Made by a program: the position numbers and the translations under genes
Part shown: one piece after another, positions 12,501-29,742 of the stretch
Numbering within the stretch: position 1 is the first letter of the stretch
How the letters are laid out: every line of letters starts with the position of its first letter
The notes under the pieces: model-generated
The model's database searches: none
The model's input: the letters and a program-made list of their open reading frames with translations, nothing else
Told to the model about the DNA's origin: nothing
Assembly (NCBI GenBank): GCA_963575745.1
Contig: CAUYUJ010000248.1
Location: forward strand, 1 to 64,000
Origin: Prorocentrum cordatum
Lineage: Eukaryota
Length of the DNA: 64,000 bases
Direction of reading: 5' to 3'

Positions 12501-13014
12501 TTCCAAAAAGAATTCAGGAAGCCTTTGAGGGCCCCAAGTCGTTGAATACCTTCCGCACTTCCCCTTCTATACGATTCCGAGGTTTGCGCAGGGCCTCCAA
12601 GGGAGTCCCTGGACGCAAGAAGCGACCAACATGATATCACATGAGTTAGCCGATCAAGCCTAGCTAGAACTTGAGCGCGCGCAAAGCTCTCGCGATGGTT
12701 CTGGTTGCTATAGATTGGGCCTCCCCTGGGGCACGAATCCTCCCTAGAAGGCCCCAAGAGGCTCCTGGAGGCCCCAGGAAGCCCCAGTAGGTTTCAGGAG
12801 GCCCCAGGAGGCCCCAGGAGGACCAGGCTCATGCGCAGAGACGCGCTCGTACTACTGAGGCTCATTCACACTCCAATTCATTCTCAGTTAGATTCATGAC
12901 CAGACCGTCACAACTGAAGCCTGTTTATATTCGAAAGCTCTTGCGCCTAGACATTCAGGGCGGACAGGTCCATGCGAATAGATGCACATATGGGGAGCTC
13001 CACGCAGTGAATAA
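9513..13014 (+). mobile_element. Helitron2/Helentron-like element, copy B (non-autonomous)
   Basis: 5' TCCCCATATCCTAAGATGGGGTTCTT; 3' AGATGCACATATGGGGAGCTCCACGCAGTGAATAA then TTTTT; same internal order as copy A (CTC tract, 18-bp minisatellite, ~150-bp repeat at 9706-10550). Confidence 0.72.
10900..12820. repeat. Degenerate CCAAGACGGC/CCAAGAGGC ~11-bp-period repeat family
   Basis: Reverse complement of the GGCCGTCTTGG family at 27100-27560 and 30100-36100. Confidence 0.85.
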
Positions 13015-13448
13015 TTTTTGAGTGCCGCTATACGCGGGTCGCAATGGGTCCCCCCAGATCCCCCACATTAGCCACCGAAGGACCTCCTGGTTGGCGGCAG
13101 GGGCGCGGACGAGGAGGAGAATTCTGACACCTGGTATGTAGTGGCTGTCGGCCCATCCCGCCATTCAGAGGAGGAAAGTATTTCGATACTACAATCTCTC
13201 CTTCGATTCCGCTTTCACGGTTGGATTCGCCTGGGAACCTTAATCAGAGTGCACCCCCAGAGAAATTTGGGGAGACGCGGTAAAAGGTAGATTTCTTGTG
13301 CGCCCAGCCGCCATGCATGGGTCGTGGGCGCGAGCCTTTGGGAGGGCTTCTTGGAGAGATTCTCGGTGTCTTCAGTATTGAGGGCTCTATATCGGATCCT
13401 GAGGACTCGACCTGAGGACACTCCACTCAGAGCCTACGGCCTAGGGCA

Positions 13449-15104
13449 GTGGCGGATTTTGAGCATGCAGGAGACGAGCGGTCGAACAGAAGAGTCGGCC
13501 TGGACGGCCCCGAAAAGTTGCAGCCCGAGTCGTCGGAGAGGTTCGCTGTCGCGCAGGCGTCACAGCAGTGTCGTCTTCCCTCCGGGGTCCAGCCCAGCCT
13601 CGAGAACGGAGTCATCGTGTACTTGGTTACCCGGCTGATGGATCTGACGAGGTTGGAGCAGAGCGTGGCATTGTTGAGTAAGCATTTCCTCCGGCACTGG
13701 GCATACGACGTAAAGATTTTCATCCCGAGCAACGCCATGCGCAAATATGATCGTGTTAGTTATTTTGGGTCCCCCACTTATCAGGATGTGCATAAAGTCA
13801 TGCGTAGGGTCGGGGAGGTGGATTACGACTGGGAGATCGTAGAATTTAACATCACGTTTCCAAAGGTCCTCGACAATGCGACTGGAAAGCCTACATGGAA
13901 ACCAAAGGCAGATTGGACAAAGAAAATGAACTCGTGTGCAAAAGCGGTGAGTACTAGCTACAAGCACATGAACCAATTTTTCATAAAGGCAATGTATGAA
14001 CACACGGCCTTGGAGAAGTACAGGTATTATTTGAACGACTGCGTCCTCTGCCGCCATCTTGTCTTGACTCGGGAGTGTTTTGTCTTCCGGGGCATATTGT
14101 GGCTCTGGGACCACCGTCGGGCCGTCCTGAATAATATAAAGACTATCTCTCGGGGCCACTCTTAGGGGCCTCTTGGGGACATGTTGGGGCTGCGCTGGGT
14201 TTTCTAGCCTTGCCTGGCATCCTGGCCATCATGGCAATGTTTAGGGATCACCTTGGTGCCGCGTTGGGTAATCTTGACGCAACATACGGGACAGAGGCAA
14301 GGACGATGAAATGACAATGCTTGTTGTGTGTGTGTGTGTTCCTCTCGAGGGTATCTTGGGACCTCTTGAACCATCTCATGGTCATCTTGAGGCCGTCTTT
14401 GCCCGTCCTGGCCCTAGAGGCCCTCGGGGTCGTTTGGTGGAGTCCATGAAGGAATCCCAGGCAATCTATCGCGACCAGAGGTCTGCGCAAACACCTTGAG
14501 TGACTTCAGTGGCGCCGGGGGGCATTCAGCAGAATGAGACAGGGCTAGCGAGAAAAAGGCATTGAAACAAGAGACAGCACGGCAAGGAAGACAGTTTTCA
14601 CCAGAAGGCCAGCTGTCCAGCAAGGGGCTTCACAACCTTGCGCCTCCAAGGGGGCAGTCGGATTTGCGTATCGATGCGGACTTCTTCTTTGTAAACGATG
14701 TCGACGAGGATCCGTTTTGCATGATGGCGAAGACTGAACGGAAGTTCATGTGGCAGACGCGCAGGACGGTACGGGATCCGACCTGCTCCGAGGGCCTTTG
14801 GGAGTGGTTTTTTCAGTACCAGCAGAAGCACGGCCTGACCCCGCAGGATCCCCGCTTCTTCAGACCTCAGGGAGCGATGGTGAACTACGTGGGATATGCA
14901 GTCATGGGTGACCTAAAGTTCTTCAGGTCAGAGCCGGTCCGCAGGCTGGCGGAGGCGCTGAACAACGACGGGCGCATCTACCTAAACAGGTGGTCGGATC
15001 AGACTTACTTCGTCCTTCTTCTTGCCCTCTTCGAGAACCACACCGCTGTCGGCGACATTGGCTTTGGTTGGCCGTCAGGCGTCTGGTGTCATAAGGCGTG
15101 CTAA
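13449..15104 (+). CDS. Glycosyltransferase family 15 (Kre2/Mnt1-like alpha-1,2-mannosyltransferase), coding 13449-14033 + 14667-15104, interrupted by an insertion; possibly a pseudogene
   Basis: SYKHMNQFF...HTALEKYRYYL|RIDADFFF..D...DPF and GDLKFFRSE...ALNNDGRIYLNRWSDQ align with GT15 motifs (SYRHMC, YDWYWRVEP, FFYERWGDA); both halves are in the same frame; in-frame TGA at 13413 leaves the true start unclear. Confidence 0.8.
14034..14666. mobile_element. 633-bp insertion in the GT15 gene with inverted CGACTGC/GCAGTCG ends
   Basis: ATTTG occurs at 14029-14033 and 14662-14666; removing 14034-14666 restores YYL-RIDAD; the interior contains TCTTGG-type repeats. Confidence 0.75.
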
Positions 15105-15849
15105 ATCTCAGAAGCCGTGCAGTCTGGCCATTGGCCCGGACCTGTCAGTTCTGGGAACTCCTCTGGCCCACCCCATCGCCTTGAGTTCCCTCAGGTGGGC
15201 AATCTGTATAGTTACGCTTTTGGCCTATAGCCGACATTTGCCGCGGACTGAGCACGAGGGACCGTTGTGTAACAGACGTGTCCGCATCAAAACATCTCCT
15301 CAGACTGCCAGACGCTCACTGTTAAGTGGCCGGCGCGATCCTTTGACACCCCCACTAATTCGGCATGCGCTATCTGCTCCTGCTGCAGCCTGACACTGTT
15401 CTCCTGGACCGTTGGTGCAAGAGGCTGTACTACACCGCCTCTGAACATGCTCGCAGACTTCGCCCACGCCCCTCCTCCCTCTCTCCTCGTTCCTCTACCG
15501 ATTCCTCCTAGCATTCCTCCGCCTGTTCTGCTATATCCCCTCAAGCCCGCATTCTTTCAACATCATCCCCCTCCTTGTCCTCCTGCTTTTGCCCCTAGTC
15601 CACATCAGCATCATCAGTACCCTTGTTTTCATTTCCCTATCCCACCGCCGCCTACGGATCGTCCTCTAGTCCTTGTGACGTTCCTCTTCCTCCTCACCAT
15701 CGTCTTCTGCATCCTTTGACTGCTTCCATTATTATCACTGCTACCATTGCTACTGCACAAGATCCTTCTTACTGCTGGTGCTGCTGATAGCTGTCACGTA
15801 ATGGTATCTGACTCTCACACCGCAGCCAGAATTTCTGCTACTATAATTC

Positions 15850-20960
<5,111 letters not shown>

Positions 20961-21442
20961 ATGGACGCTACATGTGCCCCCACAAGCCCATGCACAAAAG
21001 GTTATCAGCAGAGGCGTCGCGAGAGGGAATCCGGATAGTCTCTAGTGCCAGCAACGTGGGGGGCACGGTCCGAACCGAGGCTGCATCATCCTGGGCGCGA
21101 AAACGAGGACCAGGAGGAAGACAGGGCAGAGCCAAGAGGACGAGGAAGGCGAGGAGGGACGACGGAGGCGAAGGACGAGGGGGACGAAGGGGAGGAGGAG
21201 GAGGAGGAGGAGGAGGAGGAGGAGGAGGAGGAGGAGGAGTGCCAAGACGACGCCAAGGACTGTGAGGGGGAGGCGGAGGAGCGTTTTGCAGGCTCACTGC
21301 TGCGATTTGCACGGAGCTCGGGATCGTTTAAGGGTTGGGTTTCGTGGGTGCGTATAGGGTTGCAGCTTTTCATGCTGCATTGTATTCAGTGTAGTTTTGC
21401 GGCGGTTACTCAGTGCTGCAGGAGTGTTTGCAGGGGGGATTG

Positions 21443-23548
21443 TAGTAGACGGTGCTCGATGGAAGGGAACGCAGCTGCAAAATCGAAAAATATTCCGTGC
21501 GCCCCTTCCGCCGCCATGGCAGCCTCGAACATGCCCTCGTCGACGTCCAGCAAGTTGGCGAGCATGGATCTGCCCGGCAGGAACCCCCGCTGAGAAGACG
21601 TGATTCGGTCCGCGAGGCTGGGCTCTATCGCGATGCGCACCGCGCTGGCCAACAGCCTGTTGTCTGCGTTGGTGATGTTCAGCGGCCGCACGCCCGTCGG
21701 CACGTACGCCTCCTGGCCGTCTGCCGTGAGGCCAGCAGCGGCCTTCGGGAGAAAGATCAGCAGGCTGCTGTTGAAGTCGGGTAAGTCTTCTTGTAACCGT
21801 GCCTGGGCGTCCGACTCGCAGCACTCTTGGAGAGCCTTGAACAGCACCTCTTCCGCCAGATCCCCGAGCCGCCGCCACGCTTCGTACGGGATGCCGTCGG
21901 GGCCCGGCGCCGAGTTGCCAGAACAGCGGATGGCTTGGCGCACGTGGGACCGCCGAAGCCGAAGCCGCCGGAGACCCTGGTGCGAGGGGGCGCGGCCGGT
22001 GTCCATCGAGACCCCGGGGTCGCCCTCGGCTAGGGCCCGGTTCTCTGCGTCCTCCCGAAGCCACTCGGCCAGCACGGCCTCGTCAATGCCCCGGGCGCGG
22101 AACACTGCGGCCCAGTGGGTCCTGAAAGCCGCTGCGATGTCCGCCGGGTCTGTGGCGTGTTCGCCGTTATTCAGCAGGATGGCCTTGAGGCCATCGCCGC
22201 GCCCAGTGGCCAAGCGGTAGAGCAGCCGGCTACACTTCGCCTTGGCCTGGGCGGCCCGGTTGGAGTCACCGGACTTGGCTGCTTCCGAGGCGCGCCGCAA
22301 TTCTTCCATAGCGTGGTCACGTGCGAGTTCCACAGCATGATCCCGAACCGGGCGGAGCCTGCGCTCCAGCTGCCCTCCGACCTCGTACGGGTTCCCGGCG
22401 AGGGTGGCAATATGGGGGTAACGTTGAAGACACACCGATATCTCCCCCATGGCTCCCGCCTCGGCTGCTCGGAGAAACTTCATGGTAAGCCCCAGGCGGT
22501 CCTCTGTCTGGATGGCCGGCTCCCGCCGCCCTGCGTCGGCGCACAGATGCCTAGAGACCGAGGCCATGCACTCCTTCAGCAGACGGAGCCGGCGCAGACC
22601 AGTGGCGCCGGGCGACTCAGCGCAAGCCTCCTGGAAAGCAGGGGCGGTGCGCCGGGGGAAGTCCTCGTGCTTGCTCGCGCCTGGCTTGACGCCACGGGCC
22701 TCCTGCGTCCGCCACTGGGGCGCTCGTCGGTAGAAGAGAACAGCTCGGTGCTGCGAGAGGCCAGGTTTCCACTCCAAAGCAACGGCCTTGATGTCCCTGT
22801 CCAGCTGCTCGGCGATGTGCCCGTTGCAATCAAATCTGTCTAGACATGCCCGGGCGGCGGCCCCTGCATAAGTCATAGCAGGCTGATGCATGTCGTGCAG
22901 TTCGAACGGCCTGCCCAGAACGCTCTGGAAGTGGTTCTCCTCGCGCGCGTCCCGCCTACCCGTGCCCTCGGCCGTGGCAGTGGCCCGCCGATCCACCGGC
23001 GAAACAACGTAGTTGAAGTCCCCCCCGAGGACGGTCAGGGCCCGAACTGGCGAGAGCAAGTGTCGTGCGAGCCTGGACCGGAGGTGCGCCCGCAGCTCCG
23101 GAAACGAAGGGCGGTCAGGCAAGTCCACCATGTGGGCGCCGTACAAGTCCGCCTTGTGGACATCCGCTCCCGTGGGGAAGTAGTCGACGACAATATCAAG
23201 AGCCCCCTCCGAACCACGCAGCGATAATACTGCAGCACGACCAGGCCACACGACTGACCACCGCGGGGGCTCCTCGAATCGGGCCAAAAACTTGTCCTGG
23301 ACAACGATGCCCACGCCGGCGTGCGCTGTGGACGCTCCTGCGGACCACCATGCCGAGCAACCGGTGGGCGGCCGCCACACCAGGTGGCCCCCCTCGGTGC
23401 CGTGGGCCTCCGTGAGCAATACGGCGTCACTCCGGGCCAGCAGGGAGACCAAGTAGTTCACCTTGAGCTCATGCCGGCTGGGTTCAGCTGCAAAGAAAGC
23501 CTGGGCATTCCATTCCACGATGGCGAAATCCCCGCGGTACGGATTCAA
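21443..23548 (-). pseudogene. LINE ORF2 N-terminal half: APE endonuclease + first RT domains (inverted segment)
   Basis: WNAQ, LLTEAH, GGDFN, SQHRAV (EN); APGPDGIP, RPLNITNADNRLLA, QRGFLPGRS, DFAAAFPSIEH (RT). Confidence 0.92.
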
Positions 23549-23567
23549 GTCTCGCCGAGCACTCCCA

Positions 23568-25050
23568 GCTTGTACTGGAACAATTTCTGCCAGATCTCAG
23601 TGGGGGGCTCGCTGCACGCCGGCATGGACATCACCCGGGGCATCCGCCAAGGCTGCCCGTTGTCGCCGCTTCTATTGCGGCCGTCTCGGACCTGTACTTG
23701 CGGAGGTTGGCGAGAGCGTTTCCTGACGCCCTTCTGAAGGCTTGGGCGGACGACCTGGCCATGGTGCTCCCGCGCGCCCTGCCGCGGCTCCTGGCGCTCT
23801 GGCAATTCTTCGAGGACTTCGCCAAGGTCACTGGCCTCCGACTCAACGTGCCGAAGACAGTCTTTGTGCCACTCGACCAGTTTGACGAGTTCGAAATGCG
23901 AAGTTCACTGAGCCGGGCGGTCCCCGCATGGGGCGGAGCTGACATCGCCGCCGCGGCGAAGTACCTGGGGTTCTACGTCGGCCCGGGGCGGGGCCAGCGC
24001 TCGTGGGAGAAGCCTCTGGGCAAATACTTGGACCGCGCCCGCCAATGGGGGCAGATCGGAGCGGGGGCTTTGCTGACCGCGCAGGCCTACGCAGTGTACG
24101 TGGCATCCGTGCTGCTGCTCATCGCTCTGTTGGACCCGCTCCCTCCCGATTTCGCCGACTTCGAATGCCGCGCGTGCCGGGCCCTGTTCAAGGGGCCCAT
24201 GGGCTGGATGGCCCCGGGGTGTCTGAAGGACCTCAGGGCCCTCGGTCTGCCCTGGCAGCTCAAGGACTTGGAAGCCACGGCGCTAGCGGCCAAAGCGCGG
24301 GTGGTCCGGTTCGAGGCCGGGGGCGCCCTCGGAGTGCGCCGCCGGGCCGCGCGGCTCCGCGCCCTGACGTGCCTCGCAGGGGAGCGATCGGCCGTTCGAG
24401 AGGCATGGCTGGATGCGTGGCGGCCGCAGCTCTTCCTCTTGCACCTCGACGACGCCGCCGATCGGGTCGCAGTTCTTCTTCGACGGGTACCAGCAGGCGA
24501 GCGCTGGCTGACGGAGCAGCCGGGCTGGCAGCGCCGGGTGGCCGATCTTGCTCGGGCGCCATCCGGGGAGGGTGCCTTCCGGCATCTGCGTCGACAGCTG
24601 GATCGCTGGCCTGCCGTGACGTTGCCCGGGCGTCGGCTCGGTCGCGTCGTGGCCCGGATGCAGCTACTGGCCCGGTGTTGCACGCCGCGCGTCCAGGCCG
24701 CGTATTTACGCCTGGTTTGCGACGGGTGGTGCACGCGTTGCCGATTTCAAGGGCGCGGGGCCGGCCTATTCGGGTGCGACGGGCACGAGGACAGCGTGGC
24801 CCACTTCGCGCGATGTCCTGTCGTACGCCACCTCTTCCAGACGTTCGCCGGCCTCGCCGCGACGACATCTGCGGATGCTCTGGACATCTTCCTCGGACTT
24901 ACAGGGTCGAAAGGGGAGGCGCGGCAGCGCGCTTGGGCCACTTACGCTTTGTACAGGGTCCACAACGCGCGCCGCACGGGATCTCTGCCTTTGGGCAACG
25001 TGAACGGAGCCTTCCGCATGGCTCTCCTGGAAGCTGCACGAAGCACATGA
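23568..25050 (+). pseudogene. LINE ORF2 C-terminal half: RT core, thumb and C-terminal Cys/His motif; 1-nt frameshift near 23677
   Basis: GIRQGCPLSPLL, WADDLA, GLRLNVPKT, KYLGF, and C-terminal GCDGHEDSVAHFARC. Confidence 0.9.
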
Positions 25051-25169
25051 CGGTCGTTTTTTTTTGAATCCGAAATTACGCGCCCTTGTGGGGACGCAGA
25101 GGGTACGTGGTAGTGCATGGCCCTACCGGCCTCCAGGGCAACCGAAAGGATTGCACGCTCTTCTCCTTC

Positions 25170-25790
25170 CTCCTGCCTCCTCCCCTCCCTCCTCCCTCCC
25201 CTCCTCGTTTGAATTTCCGGCCAGTGCGTCTAGGCCGGCTGGATGGAGTGCCGCGCGTGTGCGGAACCACGAGGCTCGGCGAGGCCGACCCCTCCTCTCC
25301 TCTCCGTCCTCCGTCCTCCGTCCTCCCCGCCCTCCTCCCTCCCCTCCTCGTTTGAATGTCCGGCCAGTGCGTCCAGGCCGGCTGGATGGAGTGCCGCGCG
25401 TGTGCGGAGCCACGAGGCTCGGCGAGGCAGACCCCTCCTCTCCTCTCCGTCCTCCGTCCTCCGTCCTCCCCTCCCTGCCGACCCCTCCTCTCCTCTCCGT
25501 CCTCCGTCCTCCCCTCCCTCCTCCCTCCCCTCCTCGTTTGAATTTCCGGCCAGTGCGTCTAGGCCGGCTGGATGGAGTGCCGCGCGTGTGCGGAACCACG
25601 AGGCTCGGCGAGGCCGACCCCTCCTCTCCTCTCCGTCCTCCGTCCTCCGTCCTCCCCGCCCTCCTCCCTCCCCTCCTCGTTTGAATGTCCGGCCAGTGCG
25701 TCCAGGCCGGCTGGATGGAGTGCCGCGCGTGTGCGGAGCCACGAGGCTCGGCGGGGCAGACCCCTCCTCTCCTCCTCCCCTCCCCTCCCC
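25170..25790. repeat. Four-copy tandem repeat (329-bp dimer) in the LINE 3' UTR
   Basis: ctcctcgtttgaat at 25201, 25344, 25530, 25673. Confidence 0.9.
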
Positions 25791-27839
25791 CCCCATCAGC
25801 CGCCACACACTCCGTCATGGTGTGGTGCCAGCTATCTTGCCCACTTTGTGCTGGCCGCGTGGCCGATGGATTCTGGGGGCACGGAGCGCGGAGCAGCCGA
25901 TTGGAGCTGCCCTTCCCCCTCGTCTCTTTCCTCCCGCTCTTGCCTCCCGGAGGCGGAGCGCCGGCTAACCCTGCTGGGGTGGGCCGGCTCTCCGCCTCCT
26001 CTTCCTGTCTCGTCCTCGCTCTCCCCCGGATTGACGCTCGCGCCGGCTGCACGTGGAGGGGGCTGTTAATTGCTGGGCCGCCCGGTCTCGCCGGCCGCTC
26101 CCTAGCCAGGGAGTCGCCCCTAGCCCGTAGTGTCCAGCCTTCAGCCGCCTTCGCCTACCACATGACCATTTTCATTTGCGGTAGGGCCGCTTTCAGTAGC
26201 CAGGGAAGTGTAGGGGATGTTTGGCACTTCGACCGCACGCTGTCTTCTTCATTGCTGTCCTCCTGCTGTTGCTGTCGCGTTCCTCCTGCTCCTTTTCTTC
26301 CTCCTCTCCTCCTTTCCCCTCCTTGTGGCCGGTGCTTTTTTACTTCTGGCATGGGCCAGGGTCTGAAGCAACTGTTGTGCCTGACAGCTGTTTTTTTACT
26401 TCTGGCATGGGCCAGGGTGTGAAGCAATTGTTGTGCGTGACGGCCGTTTTTGGCGACCACGCTGCCCACTCTACCCCCTCGTCTTCCTCCCTTCCTCCTC
26501 CTTCCTGTCCCCTCCTCCTCCTAGTCGGGACGCGTCCCACGGCGGACCCAGAGGGACCATTTTGAGTGAATTGTTTTTCACTTGTTTGGCACGCGCTGGC
26601 CGTCCAGACCGTTACGGCGTGTGCCCAGTGAGGCTTAATCTGCGGCCTCACATTTGCCCGGCCGCGCTTGTCATCTGCAGTGGTCCGGTCCCTCCTCCTC
26701 AAAAAAAGTGTTTGCAGGGGGGATTGCAGGGACCCCCAGGAGTGGGCGGGGAGAGTTGTTCAAAGCCCTCCCAAACGGGATAGAATACGGGTTCAATGAT
26801 TACACCTATCGTTTGTTGCAGGTAGACACGGCAGCCTGACGACAGGCGGCAATGACGAGCTAGTGGCTTTCGGCCCATCCCGCCACCGCACCTGGGTCGT
26901 GGGCGATGGGTGTCTTGGATACCTATCAGAGTCTCTTGGGATGCCTTCCGGGGCCTTCTCAGGATGCCTCCCCCTTGGATGGAAGCTATATGACTCAAGA
27001 GGTGCCCAAGCGATACCATGTGGTCATATCGATTACAGAGGGCGTCTATCTTTTCTGCCTGGGTTGTGGGTTAGGGGTCTGTTAGTTGCCTCGCTGTGAG
27101 ACTTTGGAAGACCTCTCAGAGGCCTCATGGGGCCTCTTGGGGGCCTGGTGGCGGCTCCTGGGAACTCTTGGGGGCCTCGTAAGGTTTTTTTGGAATAGGG
27201 TCTTCTTGAAGCCCTCTTGGGCCGTCTTGGGTGCCTCTTGGGCGTTCTTGGGTCCTTCGTGAGACGTCGTGGGGCCTTCCTGGGGGCCTGTTGGGCCATC
27301 CTGGGGCGATCCTGGGGGCCTCTTATGCCGCCTTGAAGCGTCGGAAGCCCAAAAAGGCGGGAACATTTACAGCATTCGGACACCAACGGGATATCAACGA
27401 ATTTTGCCTCTTGTGGTCCTCTTGGAAGAGCTCTGGGAGCCCTCCTGGGGCGTCCTGGGAGCTTCTTGGGCCTTCTGGAGGCCATCTTGGACGTCTTGCA
27501 GCGATCTTTCGACCCCTTGAGGCTCTCTTGGCCCGTCTTGGGGCCCGTTCGGCTTGGAAAAAGTCACGCGGCTACATTCCCATGTACACGACACGCGCCA
27601 GGAATTCTGGGCATCTTGGGCCTGGGCCAATTAATTGATGACAGGTTTTTTACCTAACATCGAAGACTGATAGGTTTCTAGTAGTCTCAAAAGAGAGCAG
27701 CACATTACTTCAACATTACTTCAACATTACTCCACAGGGGGGTCTGGGCAGCCGTTGGGGGCAGTTGGGGGGCAGTTGGGGGGCTGTTGGGGTTTGCCGG
27801 CGGGGATCGTTTTTCGCATACAGTCACACACTTCGTGCC

Positions 27840-28330
27840 CACTTCGTGCTCTTCGATTTCCCAGAACTCCATTCCCGGGCCACATTTTGGATGCCCGGAG
27901 CCAACTGTAGGCCACTTCGTGCTCTTCGATTTCCCAGAACTCCATTCCCGGGCCACATTTTGGATGCCCGGAGCCAACTGTAGGCCACTTCGTGCTCTTC
28001 GATTTCCCAGAACTCCATTCCCGGGCCACATTTTGGATGCCCGGAGCCAACTGTAGGCCACTTCGTGCTCTTCGAGTTCCCAGAACTCCATTCCCGGGCC
28101 ACATTTTGGATGCCCGGAGCCAACTGTAGGCCACTTCGTGCTCTTCGAGTTCCCAGAACTCCATTCCCGGGCCACATTTTGAATGCCCCGAGCCAACTGT
28201 AGGCCACTTCGTGATCTTCGAGTTCCCAGAATTCCATTCCTGGGCATGATTTTGAATGCCCGGAGCCAACTGTAGGCCACTTCGTGTTCTTCGAGTTCCC
28301 AGAATTCCATTCCCGGGCCACATTTTGAAT
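27840..28330. repeat. 73-bp tandem repeat, ~6.7 copies
   Basis: cacttcgtgctcttcg at 27840, 27913, 27986 and onward. Confidence 0.95.
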
Positions 28331-29742
28331 GCTGAGGCAGGCTGATGCTGAGGCTGAGGCAGGCTGAGGCTGAGGCAGGCTGAGGCTGAGGCCGAGGCTG
28401 AAGGCAGACTGAGGCTGAGGCTGAAGCAGGCTGAGGCTGAGGCTGAGGCAGGCTGAGGCTGAGGCTGAGGCAGGCTGATGCTGAGGCAGGCTGAGGCTGA
28501 GGCTGAGGCTGATGCAGGCTGAGGCTGAGGCAGGCTGAGGCTGAGGCCGAGGCTGAAGGCAGACTGAGGCTGAGGCTGAAGCAGGCTGAGGCTGAGGCTG
28601 AGGCTGAGGCAGGCTGAGGCTGAGGCTGAGGCAGGCTGATGCTGAGGCAGGCTGAGGCTGAGGCTGAGGCTGAGGCTGAGGCTGCAGGCTGAGGCTGAGG
28701 CAGGCTGAGGCAGGCTGAGGCCGAGGCTGAAGGCAGCAGACTGAGGCTGAGGCTGAAGCAGGCTGAGGCTGAGGCTGAGGCAGGCTGAGGCTGAGGCTGA
28801 GGCAGGCTGATGCTGAGGCAGGCTGAGGCTGAGGCTGAGGCTGATGCAGGCTGAGGCTGAGGCAGGCTGAGGCTGAGGCCGAGGCTGAAGGCAGACTGAG
28901 GCTGAGGCTGAAGCAGGCTGAGGCTGAGGCAGAGGCAGGCTGAGGCTGAGGCTGAGGCAGGCTGAGGCTGAGGCAGGCTGAGGCTGAGGCTGAGGCTGAT
29001 GCAGGCTGAGGCTGAGGCAGGCTGAGGCTGAGGCCGAGGCTGAAGGCAGACTGAGGCTGAGGCTGAAGCAGGCTGAGGCTGAGGCTGAGGCAGGCTGAGG
29101 CTGAGGCTGAGGCAGGCTGATGCTGAGGCAGGCTGAGGCTGAGGCTGAGGCTGATGCAGGCTGAGGCTGAGGCAGGCTGAGGCTGAGGCCGAGGCTGAAG
29201 GCAGACTGAGGCTGAGGCTGAGCAGGCTGAGGCTGAGGCTGAGGCAGGCTGAGGCTGAGGCTGAGGCAGGCTGGCTGAGGCTGAGGCTGAGGCTGAGGCT
29301 GAGGCAGGCTGAGGCTGAGGCAGGCTGAGGCTGAGGCCGAGGCTGAAGGCAGACTGAGGCTGAGGCTGAGGCTGAGGCTGCAGGCTGAGGCTGAGGCTGC
29401 AGGCTGGCTGAGGCTGAGGCTGAGGCTGAGGCTGAGGCTGAGGCTGAGGCTGCAGGCTGAGGCTGAGGCTGAGGCAGGCTGAGGCTGAGGCTGAGGCTGA
29501 GGCTGAGGCTGAGGCTGAGGCTGAGGCTGAGGCTGAGGCTGAGGCTGAGGCTGAGGCTGAGGCTGAGGCTGAGGCTGGCTGAGGCTGAGGCTGAGGCTGA
29601 TGCAGGCTGAGGCTGAGGCAGGCTGAGGCTGAGGCCGAGGCTGCAGACTGAGCTGAGGCTGAAGCAGGCTGAGGCTGAGGCTGAGGCAGGCTGAGGCTGA
29701 GGCAGGCTGAGGCTGAGGCTGAGGCAGGCTGAGGCTGAGGCT
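28331..29742. repeat. (GCTGAG)n hexamer array with GCAG interruptions
   Basis: Direct reading. Confidence 0.97.

Larger units (their letters stand above)
21443..26706. mobile_element. Non-LTR retrotransposon (APE endonuclease + RT, L1/Tx1-like), 5'-inverted, with A-tail and 20-bp TSD
   Basis: TSD AGTGTTTGCAGGGGGGATTG at 21423-21442 and 26707-26726; A-run 26701-26707; EN and RT motifs inside. Confidence 0.93.
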
